Assembly (NCBI GenBank): GCA_964291235.2
Contig: OZ219816.1
Span: 1,408,001 to 1,472,000 of the forward strand
Direction of reading: 5' to 3'
Length of the DNA stretch: 64,000 nt
Source of the DNA: Vicinamibacteria bacterium
GTDB taxonomy: Bacteria; Acidobacteriota; Vicinamibacteria; Marinacidobacterales; Marinacidobacteraceae
Each line of letters starts with the position of its first letter. Position 1 is the first letter of the stretch. Of this stretch, positions 9,622-21,631 are shown piece after piece. The notes below the pieces were generated by a model. It saw nothing but the letters and a program-made list of their open reading frames with translations. It was not told the DNA's origin and ran no database searches. The position numbers and the translations under genes are program-made.

Positions 9622-10175
9622 ATGCCCCGAGCCGCCAGCCAGTCCGCGCGTGGCCCCACCACGCCGTGGGGCGTTGCGATCTCCCTGCTCGCGCGGCGGG
9701 ATCTGAGCGAGGGGGAAGTGCGGACCCGGTTGCTCGCGCGGGACTTCGCCGAAACGGACGTGGAAGAGACGATCTCCCGGCTCCGGAAACGCCGCTATCT
9801 GGACGACCGTGGCTTGGCCGCAGCGGTCGCGCGCACCCAGGCGCGGACGAAACACCAGGGCCCGCTCAAGGTCCGGGCCCACCTGCGGCGCCGCCAGATC
9901 CCGGAGGATCTCGCCGTCGAGGCCACCCGAGCAGAATTCCCGGAGGGTGTTGAAGGCGAGCGCGCCGTCATCGCGCTCCGGCGGTTGGAACCCTCCGCCG
10001 CCGGGCTCCCGGGGCGTCGGGAGCGCGATGCAGCACGGGATCCCGCCAACCGGAAAGCGGCCGGCCGCCTTTTCCGGCGTCTGGTGGCCCGGGGATACTC
10101 GTGGGAAGCGGCCCGCCACGCGGTGCTGTCCGGCGGCGGAGCTCTCGAAGAAGAGAACGACCGGGGTCCGGAGTC

Positions 10176-10179
<4 letters not shown>
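9622..10179 (+). CDS. recX: Regulatory protein RecX
   Basis: LLARRDLSEGEVRTRL, YLDDRGLA, GPLKVRAHLRRRQI and RLVARGYS motifs; precedes alaS. Confidence 0.88.
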
Positions 10180-12854
<2,675 letters not shown>

Positions 12855-12889
12855 CGGAAGTCACGGAGCCGCCTCCCGGCGATTCGGCG

Positions 12890-13633
12890 TCAGAAGATCC
12901 GGCGGCGCGGGGCCTTCGTTGTCTCTGCGGGCGTTGTCTCTTCGGGGGTTTCCTCGATCCCCAACCGGTTTCGCATGAACCAGACCACTCCATAGACGAG
13001 TGGCGTGTCCACGAGGGCGACGAACCACTTGAACACCACTCCGTTGGCAATCAGGATCGGGAGACGCTCGACGGTGATCTCCTCGGCCCCCAGCGCCGCG
13101 AGAACGCAGTTCACCAGGACGGTGTCCACGAGCTGGGAAGTGAACGTCGAGGCGTTGTTGCGGAGCCAGAGGTGGCGTCCGCCGGTTCGGCGTTTCCAGT
13201 AGTGGAACAGGCGAACATCCAGGTACTGGGCTCCCAGATAGGCGCACATCGAGGCCGTGACCGCGACCGACTGAATGCCGAACACCAGGTCGAACGTCGT
13301 GTCATCCACCGCGCTCCAGTCCGCGGCCGGCACCGCACCCGAAACGGCCACCAGCACCACCACGAAGATGCTCGCGAAAAACCCCGCGGTCACCAATTGG
13401 CTCACCCGGCGGCGGCCGTAGAACTCGGACAGGACATCGGTGCAGATGAAGGTGACCGGATAGGCCAGGATCCCGACCGAAAGCTCCATCTGCGGTTTCA
13501 GCCCGAGCAGTCCAAGAGCCGGAATTTCCCAGACGAAGAACTTGCGGAAAATCAGATTGCAGGCGATCAGCGCCGCGATGAACACCGCGGCGAGGGTCAA
13601 AAACGCCTGCTCCCGGACGCGCGGGTTCTCCAC
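12890..13633 (-). CDS. Queuosine precursor (preQ0/preQ1) transporter, VUT/YhhQ family
   Basis: GILAYPVTFICTDVLSEFYG, AQYLDV and LWLRNNASTFTSQLVDT motifs; about 6 hydrophobic segments. Confidence 0.88.
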   Translation of the reverse strand: MENPRVREQAFLTLAAVFIAALIACNLIFRKFFVWEIPALGLLGLKPQMELSVGILAYPVTFICTDVLSEFYGRRRVSQLVTAGFFASIFVVVLVAVSGAVPAADWSAVDDTTFDLVFGIQSVAVTASMCAYLGAQYLDVRLFHYWKRRTGGRHLWLRNNASTFTSQLVDTVLVNCVLAALGAEEITVERLPILIANGVVFKWFVALVDTPLVYGVVWFMRNRLGIEETPEETTPAETTKAPRRRIF

Positions 13634-13639
13634 CAGTCG

Positions 13640-14527
13640 TTAACCGTCTGATCCGGACGCCGGCGCCACCCGCAGCAGCCCGCCATAGGTGTCAACCCGC
13701 CGGTCCCGAAAGAACTGGAGCAATTCCCGCAGTTCCCGGTTCTTCCGGAAGTCGAGGTCCGCAAAGACGACCTCCGATTCCCTGCCCGCCCGCGCCAGCA
13801 CCTCACCGAATGGGTCGCACACGAAGCTCCCCCCGTAGTAGGTCATGGGACCCTCGACCCCGACACGGTTGGGTGCCCCGATGAACACTCCGTTCGCGAT
13901 GGCGTGGCCGCGCATGACGGTCCGCCAGGCCTCTTCCGACGAGTACTCCGGACGATCCGGCTCGCTGCCTATGGCGGTCGGGAAGAGCAACAGATCGGCG
14001 CCCCCGAGAGCGAGCAGCCGGGCGGTCTCCGGAAACCACGAATCCCAGCAGACTCCCACCCCGATCCGGCCGTACGCAGTCTCCCAGACGGGATAACCGC
14101 CGTCTCCCGGAGTGAAGTAGTACTTCTCGTGGTACCCCGGTCCGTCTGGAATGTGGTTCTTGCGGTAGGCCCCGAGTTGCTTTCCGTCGGCGTCGTACAG
14201 CACCGCGGTGTTGAAGAGCACGCCGGGCGCGGCCTCTTCGAAGACTGGCGCCACCAGCACGACACCAGCCTCCGCCGCCAGCCGGCCCAGTTCCTGAACC
14301 CTCGGCGAGGGTTGCCGCTCGGCGTGCCGCCACGCCTCCACCGCTACCTGGCGCGGAAAGTACGGCAGGTCGTACAGCTCCGGCAGGCAAACGACCTGCG
14401 CTCCGCCGGCCGCCGCCGCGCGTACGGCGGCCATCGCTCCCTGGTGCGCGGCATCGCGGTCGGGTTCGATCGCCCGCTGGATCAGGGCCAGACGGAGCTG
14501 GCCGGCCGGTTTGCGATGGGGAGGCAT
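13640..14527 (-). CDS. aguB: N-carbamoylputrescine amidase (nitrilase superfamily)
   Basis: Catalytic E/K/C in CLPELY, YRKNHIPDGPGYHEKYYFTPGD and VCWDSWFPETAR; also PTAIGSEP. Clustered with agmatine deiminase. Confidence 0.9.
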   Translation of the reverse strand: MPPHRKPAGQLRLALIQRAIEPDRDAAHQGAMAAVRAAAAGGAQVVCLPELYDLPYFPRQVAVEAWRHAERQPSPRVQELGRLAAEAGVVLVAPVFEEAAPGVLFNTAVLYDADGKQLGAYRKNHIPDGPGYHEKYYFTPGDGGYPVWETAYGRIGVGVCWDSWFPETARLLALGGADLLLFPTAIGSEPDRPEYSSEEAWRTVMRGHAIANGVFIGAPNRVGVEGPMTYYGGSFVCDPFGEVLARAGRESEVVFADLDFRKNRELRELLQFFRDRRVDTYGGLLRVAPASGSDG

Positions 14528-14596
14528 CCGCTAATTCTGCCGCGACCGGCGCCCGTGCGGCGACCGCAGCCCACGATCTGACACGACAGGCTCCGT

Positions 14597-15976
14597 TCAG
14601 CCAGCCAGCAGACCGAGAAACACGAAACCCAGGAAGGCCGCGGCGGCGCCGAGGAGCGCGTACGGCAGCTGGGTGCTGACGTGTTCCATGATGGAGCAGC
14701 CGGCGCTTCTGGCCGCGAGCACCGTGGCGTCACCGTAAAAGCAGGCGTGGGAGCCGAACGCGCCCGCGGACACCAGAGCCCCCAGGGTAAGCGGCAGCGG
14801 CGCTCCCAGTTCGGCAGCAAGCCCTACGACGACCGGCATGCTGACGGTGTACGCCCCCCAGAACGATCCGGTGGCGAACGCGACTCCGGACAGGGTCACG
14901 AAAACCAGCGCCGGGAGCATCCAGGCGCTGGCCACCGGCTGCACGCTGCCGATCACGAACTCGGTCAGCCCCAGGGCGGCGTTGACGTCACGCAGTACGA
15001 AGGAAACGAGGACGATCCCGAGCGGATAGACCATCTTTTCCATCCCGAGAAAGGCGCCGTCGGCGACGGGCCCCAGACCACTCGACGGCCGCACCGCCGC
15101 GGCCAGCAGCAGCGCCACGCCGAGGGCGGCCACTACCCCGAGGAGCGCGTCGCCGCCAAGAGCCAGAGTCGCCGCCGGCAGGGTCAGGATCGGCAGGAGG
15201 AACGCGGGCGCCCGGAGCCCCGGCCGCGCCGGCGGATCCGCGGTCGCCGGTTCCAGACTCTCGTCGAGTGCGGCCGCCGCCGGAGCCGTTCCGGCACGGA
15301 GCGCCCGCTCGGCCCGCGCCATCGGTCCCAGATCGCGGACCGCCCCCAGGATGACCGCCAGCACCAACAGGATGGCGAACCACGGATACAGGAGATAGGG
15401 GAGCAGCTCGATATAGAGGCCGATGCCGCCGCCCGCGTCCGCGAGCCCGTTCTGCTCGAACAGGCCGGAGATGAAGACCGTCCAGGTCGAGGCGGGAACC
15501 AGCACGCAGATCGGCGCCGCCGTGCTGTCCACCACGTAGGCGAGGCGGGCCCGCGAGATGCCGATCCGGTCCGCGGCTCCCCGAAACGCCGCACCTACGG
15601 CCAGGGCGTTCAGGTAGTCGTCCACGAACGTGACGATTCCCAGTCCGAAAGCGCCCAGCAGGACCCCCCGGCGGGTGCGCAGCCGGCGGGAGAGCGCCTC
15701 TCCGAAGGCTCTCGAGCCTCCGACCCGGGCGAGGATCCCGATGAGCGCTCCGAAGAGCATGACGACCAGGACTACCCAGACGCTTGTTGGTTCGGCCATC
15801 ACCGACTGGGCGTTTCGGAGAAAAGCCGCCAGAAAACCTCCCCCGGACAACATCAGGTGACCCAGCAGGGAGCCGAAGATCAGCGCCTCAAGAGGCCGGC
15901 GACTCCAGACGGCGAGTCCCAGGACGGCGAGGCTGGGGATCAGGCTGAGGACGCCCCAACCGCCGACGTCGCTCAC
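14597..15976 (-). CDS. NhaC-family (Na+/H+ antiporter-like) solute transporter
   Basis: WGVLSLIP, FVDDYLNAL, LAYVVDSTAAPIC, FATGSFWG, GAFGSH and HVSTQLPYAL motifs; highly hydrophobic. Confidence 0.85.
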   Translation of the reverse strand: MSDVGGWGVLSLIPSLAVLGLAVWSRRPLEALIFGSLLGHLMLSGGGFLAAFLRNAQSVMAEPTSVWVVLVVMLFGALIGILARVGGSRAFGEALSRRLRTRRGVLLGAFGLGIVTFVDDYLNALAVGAAFRGAADRIGISRARLAYVVDSTAAPICVLVPASTWTVFISGLFEQNGLADAGGGIGLYIELLPYLLYPWFAILLVLAVILGAVRDLGPMARAERALRAGTAPAAAALDESLEPATADPPARPGLRAPAFLLPILTLPAATLALGGDALLGVVAALGVALLLAAAVRPSSGLGPVADGAFLGMEKMVYPLGIVLVSFVLRDVNAALGLTEFVIGSVQPVASAWMLPALVFVTLSGVAFATGSFWGAYTVSMPVVVGLAAELGAPLPLTLGALVSAGAFGSHACFYGDATVLAARSAGCSIMEHVSTQLPYALLGAAAAFLGFVFLGLLAG

Positions 15977-16058
15977 CGGCGTGGAGTTCCAGGGCGGATG
16001 GGCGAGGAACTCACGGCCGCCGGCCGGACGCCTGCGCCGTGCACACCGCTCTCCTCAC

Positions 16059-17372
16059 TCAGTCAGGTGCAGCGCCCGGTTCGCGAACCGTCCGGCGTGG
16101 TTCCTGCTGGAGGATGCAGTGGATCCCGCCGCCCCCGAGATTCACCGCCATCGCGTCCAGCGGAAGCACTTCGCGGCCGGGAAACACCTCGCGCAGGATC
16201 GCGAGCGCCCGCTCGTCCTTGGCGCGGAGGCTCTCGGGAAGGCCCGGCTTCCAGTACTTCTGGGCCAGAACGAGACCGTTGGTCACCTGGAAATTGAGAT
16301 AGCTCGCGGCCGCGATGACGCGGATCTCGTCGTCGGGCCCGATCCGGGATCCATCTTCGTATTCGAGGGGCTGGATGTAGTCGAAGACCCCGTCTCCCTT
16401 GCTCATGGTTTCGAACAGGGAATCAGGCACGGGCACCCGCACGATGCGGAACGGATTCCCCTCCTGATCGGTAGCGGCCTGCAATCGCCGCAAGCTCTCC
16501 TCCAGACGCTCGTGGCTGATCGCGGCGATCGGGTCCGTTCGGCGTTCTTCCTCGGTGATCTCGGCGAGGAGAATGGTCTGGGGATCCGCGAAGCGGGCGA
16601 ACTCGTCCACGTGTCCCCCGGTGGTAATCACCGTGTACACGTCTCCCGGCAGCCTCCCGCGGAACGTCAGTTCGTCCTCCGCCATCCCTTCGGCCAGCCA
16701 GAGAATCTTGGAAACCCCCAGGATCCGCCGAAACTCCTCGTCCATGGCTTCCAGCGTCCATCCGGGGTTTCGCTGAAGCTCCACCGCCTCCACCGCGATC
16801 ATCACTCCCTTGCCGTTGAACTCGCGGGAGCCGCCCTCGCTGATGAGAGTGGACTTTTCCACCTCCAGGTCGAGAATTCCCGCGATGTGCCGGTCAACCG
16901 CTTCCTCCAGTCGGGAGTTCGCGCTGTCGGGCGGTTCGTAACCCCACATGTTGAAGCCGAAGTCGGCAATCCGGAGTCCGCCCCGATCGCCGCGCAGAAA
17001 AATGGGACCCATGTCCCGCATCCAGACATCACCGTGCGGCACTTCGTGAATCGTCACGTGACCGTCCGGAATCCCCTCCCGAGCGAAGCGTTCGCGAATG
17101 GCCCTCGCTTCCGCGCCGTCCTGAGCCAGCAGTTCGATCGCGACCCTTCCCTCGGCGGCCCGAACGATCTCGATCAACAACGGCTCCGTCGGTAGTCCAC
17201 GCTTGTTCTCGTACGTCGGCCACGCCATCCACAGCGCCCGGTGCGGTTCGAACTCCGCGGGAAAGACAAACGACTCCGTGGAGGAGGCCGCTTCCGGGCT
17301 CCGGGTCTGTTCCACCGCGCAGGAAGCGAGCGCGACGAGGAAGAGAACCGCCAGCCGGCTCCCCCTTCTCAT
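16059..17372 (-). CDS. aguA: Agmatine deiminase family protein with lipoprotein signal peptide
   Basis: PAEFEPHRALWMAWP, WMRDMGP, EGG, GHVDEFARF and GGGGIHCILQQEP motifs. N-terminus MRRGSRLAVLFLVALASC contains a lipobox. Confidence 0.9.
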   Translation of the reverse strand: MRRGSRLAVLFLVALASCAVEQTRSPEAASSTESFVFPAEFEPHRALWMAWPTYENKRGLPTEPLLIEIVRAAEGRVAIELLAQDGAEARAIRERFAREGIPDGHVTIHEVPHGDVWMRDMGPIFLRGDRGGLRIADFGFNMWGYEPPDSANSRLEEAVDRHIAGILDLEVEKSTLISEGGSREFNGKGVMIAVEAVELQRNPGWTLEAMDEEFRRILGVSKILWLAEGMAEDELTFRGRLPGDVYTVITTGGHVDEFARFADPQTILLAEITEEERRTDPIAAISHERLEESLRRLQAATDQEGNPFRIVRVPVPDSLFETMSKGDGVFDYIQPLEYEDGSRIGPDDEIRVIAAASYLNFQVTNGLVLAQKYWKPGLPESLRAKDERALAILREVFPGREVLPLDAMAVNLGGGGIHCILQQEPRRTVREPGAAPD

Positions 17373-17495
17373 GCCGCCCGAACACCGCACGGCCCCGACT
17401 ATACTCGGCGCTTCCCGGGATTCGCTGCCGGCGGCAACGACCCGTGGGTGACCATGTGCGGCAGGCCAAATGAGCGGCCCGACTGAGCAGCCCCG

Positions 17496-17804
17496 ATGAG
17501 CACCGACGAATTCGCGCAACTTGCCGCGCTGGCCCGGCTCGCGCCTCCAGACGGCGAGGCCCGGACGAGAACCTTCGCGGCGGCCCGGAAGGTGCTCGGG
17601 ACGTACACGCTACAGGTTGTCGAGACCGCAAGAACCGGCGAGGGACGTTCGCCGCAGGATTCTTCGAGTGAGGAGTCGCCGTGCCCGCTCCGCGCGGACG
17701 AACCGCGAAACGGCTTCCCGGAAGAGACCGCCCTCGAACTCGCCCCGGAGCGCGGCGAACGTCTTGTCCAGGTTCCCCAAGTGCTCGGGGGCGGGGCCGC
17801 GTGA
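17496..17804 (+). CDS. gatC: Asp/Glu-tRNA amidotransferase subunit C (divergent)
   Basis: LAALARL N-terminus and PLRADEP...ALELAPE...VQVPQVL C-terminus; overlaps the gatA start. Confidence 0.75.
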   Translation: MSTDEFAQLAALARLAPPDGEARTRTFAAARKVLGTYTLQVVETARTGEGRSPQDSSSEESPCPLRADEPRNGFPEETALELAPERGERLVQVPQVLGGGAA

Positions 17805-19267
17805 TAGAGGCCCGCGGAGGTCCGCCCGGGGCGGCGCTTCCATCCGGAGAGTCCGTCGTCGCCGCCACCCGGGCCGCTCTTCACCGCGCCGAGGAAATCA
17901 ACCGCCGGATCCACGCGTTCCTGCACCTTGACCACGACGGCGCGCTGGCCACGGCCGGCGAACTCGACCGCGAACCGGCAACCGCTCGGGGACCTCTGTT
18001 CGGGCTGCGAGTCGCCGTGAAGGACAACATCGCCGTCCGGGGCCTGCCTTCGACTTCTGGATCTGGCGTGCTCAGCGGCTATCGGGCGCCGTACGACGCC
18101 ACGGTCGTGGCACGCCTGCGGCGCGCCGGCGCCGTGATTCTGGGCACCGCGAATCTCGACGAGTTCGCCATGGGGTCGTCCACTACCAGCGGATTCCGCG
18201 GGCCGACGCGCAATCCCGTGGACCCCGAGCGAATCGTCGGCGGTTCCTCGGGAGGACCCGCCGCAGCAGCAGCCTCCGGCGCGGTGCCGGTAGCGCTCGG
18301 CACCGATACCGGTGGATCGGTACGCCAGCCCGCGGGTCACTGCGGCATCTACGGCATCCGTCCCACCTACGGCCGGGTGTCCCGTTTCGGCGTGACCGCC
18401 TACGCGTCTTCATTCGATCAGGTCGGCTGCCTGGCGCCCCGCCTGACCGATCTGGGACGAGTTCTTTCGGTCGTCTCGGGCCCCGATCCCGGCGACGCAA
18501 CCAGCGCCGCGCGCGAGGTGCCCGACTTCGCCGCCGCCGTCACCCGCCCCGCCCTCCCCACCACCGTTGTCGCGTGCAGCGACGAGGACATCGCCATCCT
18601 CGATCCCCCTTCCCGGGATGCGTTTCGCCACGCGGTCCGACGGTTCGAGGACGCCGGCTGCACCGTCCGCCGCATGCGGTTGCCCGAAGCCGTGACCACC
18701 ATTTCCGCCTACTACGTGCTGGCTTGCGCCGAGGCCAGCTCGAATCTCGCGCGGTTCGACGGAATGCGCTACGGCCGGCGTATCGAGGGGGACGGCACGC
18801 TGGCGGCGGCCTATCGCGAAAGCCGCACCGCCGGATTCGGAGATGAAGTGCGGCTACGGATCCTGCTCGGAACCACCGTGCTGTCACAGGGTTACCGGGA
18901 GGCGATCTACGCGGCGGCAACCACGGCTCGCCGGCAGATCCGCACCCGGCTCCTCGACGCGTTTGGCCAGGGAGATCTGCTCCTGCTCCCGATCAGCACC
19001 GCAGCTCCCCGGCGACTGGCTGACCCGGTCGCGGTCGGCGCCGACTATGACGGCGATCGGTTCACGGTTCTGGCGTCGCTGGCCGGATTGCCCGCCCTTG
19101 CGGTGCCGGCCGGAGTGCGAAGCGGATTGCCCTTTGGAATCGAACTGATGGCTCCGCCGTGGTGCGAAGAATCCCTGTTCGCGGCGGCGGCCGCGTTCGC
19201 CGCTATCCCGAGTTCGGGGGCCGGCCCGCCCAGGAGTCCCAACCCCGAGGCGGCAGGACTTCGCTGA
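17801..19267 (+). CDS. gatA: Asp/Glu-tRNA amidotransferase subunit A
   Basis: AVKDNI, NLDEFAMGSS, GGSSGG, GTDTGGSVRQPA, EASSNLARFDGMRYG and FGDEVRLRILLGT motifs. Confidence 0.92.
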   Translation: MIEARGGPPGAALPSGESVVAATRAALHRAEEINRRIHAFLHLDHDGALATAGELDREPATARGPLFGLRVAVKDNIAVRGLPSTSGSGVLSGYRAPYDATVVARLRRAGAVILGTANLDEFAMGSSTTSGFRGPTRNPVDPERIVGGSSGGPAAAAASGAVPVALGTDTGGSVRQPAGHCGIYGIRPTYGRVSRFGVTAYASSFDQVGCLAPRLTDLGRVLSVVSGPDPGDATSAAREVPDFAAAVTRPALPTTVVACSDEDIAILDPPSRDAFRHAVRRFEDAGCTVRRMRLPEAVTTISAYYVLACAEASSNLARFDGMRYGRRIEGDGTLAAAYRESRTAGFGDEVRLRILLGTTVLSQGYREAIYAAATTARRQIRTRLLDAFGQGDLLLLPISTAAPRRLADPVAVGADYDGDRFTVLASLAGLPALAVPAGVRSGLPFGIELMAPPWCEESLFAAAAAFAAIPSSGAGPPRSPNPEAAGLR

Positions 19268-20291
19268 GTCCCTCGCGGCGAGCCAATCGGACGCCGTCGC
19301 CGGCCTCGGTGACGCGCCCCACCAGAGTCACCGGAATGCCGGCCGCGCGGGCGGCGGTCAGCACCCGCCCCTCCGGACCCGCAACGAGCAGCTCATAGTC
19401 CTCGCCTCCGAAGAGCGCCGCCTCGAGACCCGCTGGCCCCGTTCCGGCGCGGGGCAGCCGCGACGCGTAAACGAGCGCCCCCACGCCGCTGGCGGCGGTG
19501 AGGCGATGTAGATCGAGCGCCAACCCGTCCGAGATGTCCATCGCCGCTCTCGCCGCACCGGCGAGGGCGAGGCCCGCAGCCACCCGCGGAGCGGGATCGA
19601 GGTGCCGGGCCACCAGTTTTTCTTCTTCGGGACCGAACGGCGCCGATCCGCCCTCCGCCCGACGCCGGAGGAGGGCCAGGCCGAGCGACGCACCGCCGAG
19701 CTCTCCGGTCACGAACAGACCGTCGCCCGGCACCGCTCCGGACCTCTCAAGGAGAGGAGCCCCCGCGTCGCGCGCACCCGCGACCGTGACGTGAAGCCCG
19801 AGCCTTTCTCCGGCCGTGATGTTCCCCCCCACCAGCGGTGCCCCCAACTCCGCCGCCCGCTCGGCAGCCGCTTCGGAAATCGCCGCCGCCGCCGTTTCCT
19901 GACGGGGCGGAGCCACCAGGGAGATCAGCGTCCCCACCGGGCGGCCGCCCATCGCGGCGATGTCACTCACCGCCGCCGCGATCGCGCGGCGTCCGACCGC
20001 CCGCAGCGGATGAAGTCGGCGGTCGAAGTGCACGCCCTCTTCCGAGGCATCCGTCGTCAGGAGAAGCGTCCCACCCGCAGGCCAGCCAAAGGCCGCCGCA
20101 TCGTCCCCCGGCCCCAGGGTCAGACGCGGCGCGTTCCCCCCGGCGGACGGATTCGCCGGAAGGCTCTCCAGAATCCGTCTGAGAAGTCGATCCTCGCCGG
20201 AAAGCGCCTCCGGCAAGCCGCGGTGCTCCGTGGGCGGGTCCGGGGCCCCTCCTCCCCCCGGAGAAAACGCGGGACGCGCGACTTTATCCAC
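19203..20291 (-). CDS. thiL: Thiamine-monophosphate kinase
   Basis: GPGDDAA, EGVHF, SDIAAMGG, LVGGN, MDISDGL and GGEDYEL motifs. Start position uncertain. Confidence 0.93.
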   Translation of the reverse strand: MDKVARPAFSPGGGGAPDPPTEHRGLPEALSGEDRLLRRILESLPANPSAGGNAPRLTLGPGDDAAAFGWPAGGTLLLTTDASEEGVHFDRRLHPLRAVGRRAIAAAVSDIAAMGGRPVGTLISLVAPPRQETAAAAISEAAAERAAELGAPLVGGNITAGERLGLHVTVAGARDAGAPLLERSGAVPGDGLFVTGELGGASLGLALLRRRAEGGSAPFGPEEEKLVARHLDPAPRVAAGLALAGAARAAMDISDGLALDLHRLTAASGVGALVYASRLPRAGTGPAGLEAALFGGEDYELLVAGPEGRVLTAARAAGIPVTLVGRVTEAGDGVRLARREGLSEVLPPRGWDSWAGRPPNSG

Positions 20292-20393
20292 CGGCTGCTC
20301 GCAACGAGAGGGACGATCACCCGCCCCGTGTTCCCGGTGGCAGTCCGCCGGGCGATTGTTCCCACCGGCCGTCCGGTCCCCGGGCTGTCGAAG

Positions 20394-20705
20394 TCAGTCC
20401 GGCGACGGGGCCGCCTGCTCCATTCGTCCCACGAGATCGGCGAGTCGGCTCCTCACGGCCGCCACCGCGGTTTCGACCGCGTCCGACTGAGACTCGCTCG
20501 CAGCTCGCTGGCGCAGCAGTTCATCACCCACATTGAGCGCCGCAAGGATCGCGACCTCTTCTTTCTCCAGGTGCGGCCCCGCTTTCTGGATGTCCCCGAT
20601 GCGCTCGTTCACGAGCCGGGCGACCGCCTCGAGGTCCGCTCCATCTTCGTCGGAGCGCAACCGGTAGTTGCGGCCAGCCACCGTGACCTCGACGACCGCA
20701 CTCAT
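20394..20705 (-). CDS. zapA: Cell division protein ZapA
   Basis: VEVTVAGRNYRL...VARLVNERI...AILAALNVGDEL pattern. Confidence 0.9.
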   Translation of the reverse strand: MSAVVEVTVAGRNYRLRSDEDGADLEAVARLVNERIGDIQKAGPHLEKEEVAILAALNVGDELLRQRAASESQSDAVETAVAAVRSRLADLVGRMEQAAPSPD

Positions 20706-20956
20706 CGGGCCCCATCCTCCGCGGCCGAATCTCCGGACCCGGCCACCGTACGGAGGGCGTCCCGGATCACCTCGCGTTCCTCACGAAGAACCGCGGTGGC
20801 CCGCTCCGCCCGTTCCCTGGCTTCCCGCTCCCGCTGGGCCTCGCGAACACGGGCCTCGGTCTGCTCCGCCAGCCGTGCCGAAACCGTGTCGAACGCCGAC
20901 TCCGCTCGCTCGATATCCGCCATCAGCCCCCGAACGGCGGCTTCAGCATCGGACAT
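20702..20956 (-). CDS. Small coiled-coil protein (ZapB-like position)
   Basis: 84-aa E/R/A-rich coiled coil ending EEREVIRDAL; ATGA overlap with zapA. Confidence 0.6.
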   Translation of the reverse strand: MSDAEAAVRGLMADIERAESAFDTVSARLAEQTEARVREAQREREARERAERATAVLREEREVIRDALRTVAGSGDSAAEDGAR

Positions 20957-20984
20957 GGACGGCCTCGGGCTCGGTACGAGGCCT

Positions 20985-21359
20985 CTATTCGGCGTTCGCT
21001 CCGGCCTGGAGAGCTTCCCGAGCCCGGTCCACCAGACAGTCGAAGGCGCCTGGATCGTGCACCGCCAACTCAGCCATCTGTTTCCGGTTCACACCCACCT
21101 GGGCCAGCGAAAGTCCGTGCGCAAACTGCGCGTACGGAAGCCCCCGCTCGCGCGACGCCGCACTGATCCGGGTAATCCAGAGGCGCCGGAAGTCACGCTT
21201 CCGGGTGCGCCGGTCGCGGTAGGCGTACGAAAGCGCGCGATCCAGCGCCTGCATGGCGTGCCGGTACAGCTTGCCGCGCATCCCGCGGTAGCCGCGGGTC
21301 AGTTTCAGGACCCGCCGGCGGCGGTCCCGCCGATGAGTTCCACGTTTTACTCGGGACAT
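20985..21359 (-). CDS. rplT: 50S ribosomal protein L20
   Basis: MSRVKRG, YAYRDRR.RKRDFRRLWITRI and NRKQMAELA motifs. Confidence 0.97.
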   Translation of the reverse strand: MSRVKRGTHRRDRRRRVLKLTRGYRGMRGKLYRHAMQALDRALSYAYRDRRTRKRDFRRLWITRISAASRERGLPYAQFAHGLSLAQVGVNRKQMAELAVHDPGAFDCLVDRAREALQAGANAE

Positions 21360-21407
21360 CCTGTCTTCTCCAGTTCTTGACTCGCAGTAGTGAGATGAGT
21401 CCCGCTA

Positions 21408-21602
21408 TCAACCGATGATCCGGGCAATCATCTTCGCTTCGCCCTCGAACACCCAGGCGCCACTGCGCAGGCGGCGACGGCGCTTCGCGGACTTCTTGGT
21501 GAGGATGTGGCTGTGGTAGGCGCACCGGCGGCGTACACGGCCGCTGGCGCTCTTGCGAAACCGCTTGGCGGCCCCGCGATGGGTCTTCATCTTGAATTTC
21601 AT
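21408..21602 (-). CDS. rpmI: 50S ribosomal protein L35
   Basis: [12 protein letters not shown]...HILTKKS motif; lies between infC and rplT. Confidence 0.97.
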   Translation of the reverse strand: MKFKMKTHRGAAKRFRKSASGRVRRRCAYHSHILTKKSAKRRRRLRSGAWVFEGEAKMIARIIG

Positions 21603-21631
21603 GGGTGGGCTCTCAATAACCTTCTGGTAGC

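Noticed and set aside
20292-20393. 6S RNA downstream of zapA
   Set aside because: The gap is only about 100 nt, with no long irregular hairpin and central bubble visible.
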